Source of the DNA: a virus
Strand: one strand, 5' to 3'
Length of the DNA stretch: 52,559 nucleotides
IMG/VR virus record: IMGVR_UViG_3300023099_000002
Span: 1 to 52,559 of that record
Shown one piece after another: positions 51,681 through 52,559 of this stretch. The notes under the pieces were generated by a model. That model was given only the letters and a program-made list of their open reading frames with translations, searched no databases and was not told where the DNA came from. A program made the translations under genes and the position numbers. Position 1 is the first letter of the stretch. The number at the start of each line of letters is the position of its first letter.

Positions 51681-52559
51681 ATGATCTACCCGCATCAGCT
51701 AACTATACAGGTACGGAAACGTCAGCTAAAGGATATATACGGAAATGATGTTATATTCACCGGCCCTAATCCGCTTTCTCTCACTGCTGTAATGGGCAGT
51801 GAAGATACATCATGGCACGACTTCACCGATTATGTTGAGGGGCTGCCAAAATTAGAGCTTGAATGGACAGTAGACCAAACCGCTACAGGGCCAACATCAG
51901 CCGGTAATTTTGCACCACAGATAGGCGTATCAGGTACATTATCATTCGAGCGTGACGCTTACGAATTCATTAAACAGCATTTAGTAGAATCGGTATCAGC
52001 CCCACTTAATCAGATTGAGGTACAGATAACAGATACCTCATGTGGCAGGTACGTAGGATATGTAATTAAATCGACACAGTTAGCATGGTGCGAATTCAAT
52101 ACAGCATGTGTATTTGATCTTAATTTAAAGCAGATAGAGGATTACACAAGCTGCATACAGCGCACTATAATATCCGATAACTGGCAGGGATGGTTTCAGA
52201 ATGAGCCGGTAGACGTTAATACCGGTTTGCCAAAAAAACACCCTCGTTTTGGGTACTGTGTAGAGAAGCGGCCCAACTGGTCATTGGTGATTACATGGTT
52301 TCTGACAGTTATAGCAGCTTTACTGTACACTGTTATTTACTCTGTTATATACGTAATACTCGTTGTCATTATAGCTACAATAACAGCATTAGTTACTATT
52401 TTAAATATAGTGATAGGCGTAATTAATCTAATTATAGACGCAGTGAACACTTTGCCGGGGGTGTCTATAAGCCATATACCTGATATTGAAACACCAACAT
52501 TCCCGGCCTCCCCTGCTACTGTAGTAGATAGTTGGGCTATCCTAATGCTTGAAGATACA
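51681..52559 (+). CDS. N-terminal part of the ~806-aa virion/tail-region protein (continues at 128 after the junction)
   Basis: ATG lies 6 nt after TATCTTTA. There is no stop before the window end, and it is in frame with 1..1669. Contains a ~53-aa hydrophobic stretch. Confidence 0.7.
   Translation, partial: MIYPHQLTIQVRKRQLKDIYGNDVIFTGPNPLSLTAVMGSEDTSWHDFTDYVEGLPKLELEWTVDQTATGPTSAGNFAPQIGVSGTLSFERDAYEFIKQHLVESVSAPLNQIEVQITDTSCGRYVGYVIKSTQLAWCEFNTACVFDLNLKQIEDYTSCIQRTIISDNWQGWFQNEPVDVNTGLPKKHPRFGYCVEKRPNWSLVITWFLTVIAALLYTVIYSVIYVILVVIIATITALVTILNIVIGVINLIIDAVNTLPGVSISHIPDIETPTFPASPATVVDSWAILMLEDT
52433..52559. repeat. terminal direct repeat copy 2 (circular-assembly overlap or genuine short terminal redundancy)
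   Basis: Identical to 1..127. An ORF reads through it in frame. Confidence 0.95.

Noticed and set aside
1-52559. The possibility that the window is a prophage with flanking host DNA, or contains a lysogeny module
   Set aside because: The ends are identical, so the sequence is closed circular. Every region fits a phage module, and I recognised no integrase, excisionase plus attP pair, or CI-like repressor.

Overview
The window is a complete, circularly closed genome of a tailed dsDNA bacteriophage. Its first 127 nt are identical to its last 127 nt, giving a unit length of 52,432 bp, and one large ORF runs across the junction. I found no rRNA, tRNA, CRISPR array, integrase or lysogeny module.

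The host is probably Bacteroidota (inference). Canonical TAnnTTTG -7 promoter boxes recur, many sit exactly 5-6 nt before an ATG (leaderless mRNAs), Shine-Dalgarno sequences are absent, and signal and lipoprotein peptides are Bacteroidota-style.

Layout:
- 51681 -> junction -> 17166 (+): virion module. It holds large tail-region proteins, a portal-position protein with a DnaJ-type zinc finger, scaffold-like and major-capsid-like genes bracketed by strong terminators, and four tail-fibre/RBP-like genes.
- 17169-20429 (+): lysis region. It holds three holin-like membrane proteins, a non-coding stretch with a candidate sRNA, a papain/C39-like peptidase and an M15 endolysin.
- 20469-27073 (-): leftward early block of about 20 small genes, including dUTPase, DUF3310, a lipoprotein and a split HNH.
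- 27227-39897 (+): rightward early/replication block. It holds YopX, a YqaJ-like exonuclease, an MT-A70 DNA methyltransferase, VRR-NUC, HNH, a replication initiator and DnaB.
- 40000-41861 (+): terS and terL.
- 42594-46545 (+): a methyltransferase plus glycosyltransferase module, interrupted by a free-standing HNH homing endonuclease.
- 46524-47219 (-): an opposite-strand two-gene cassette.
- 47247-50228 (+): tape-measure-like gene.
- 50229-51680: a small AT-rich accessory island containing an opposite-strand lipoprotein.

The most interesting hypothesis links two observations. A late-expressed glycosyltransferase/methyltransferase module sits directly behind the terminase. The tail-fibre module is Ser/Thr-rich, and its 16-aa tandem repeats each carry the Bacteroidota O-glycosylation sequon D-T-A. 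Three of the four fibre ORFs (the fourth only if it uses a TTG start) begin with Sec-signal-like N-termini.

All family assignments come from motif recognition by eye and are unverified by search.
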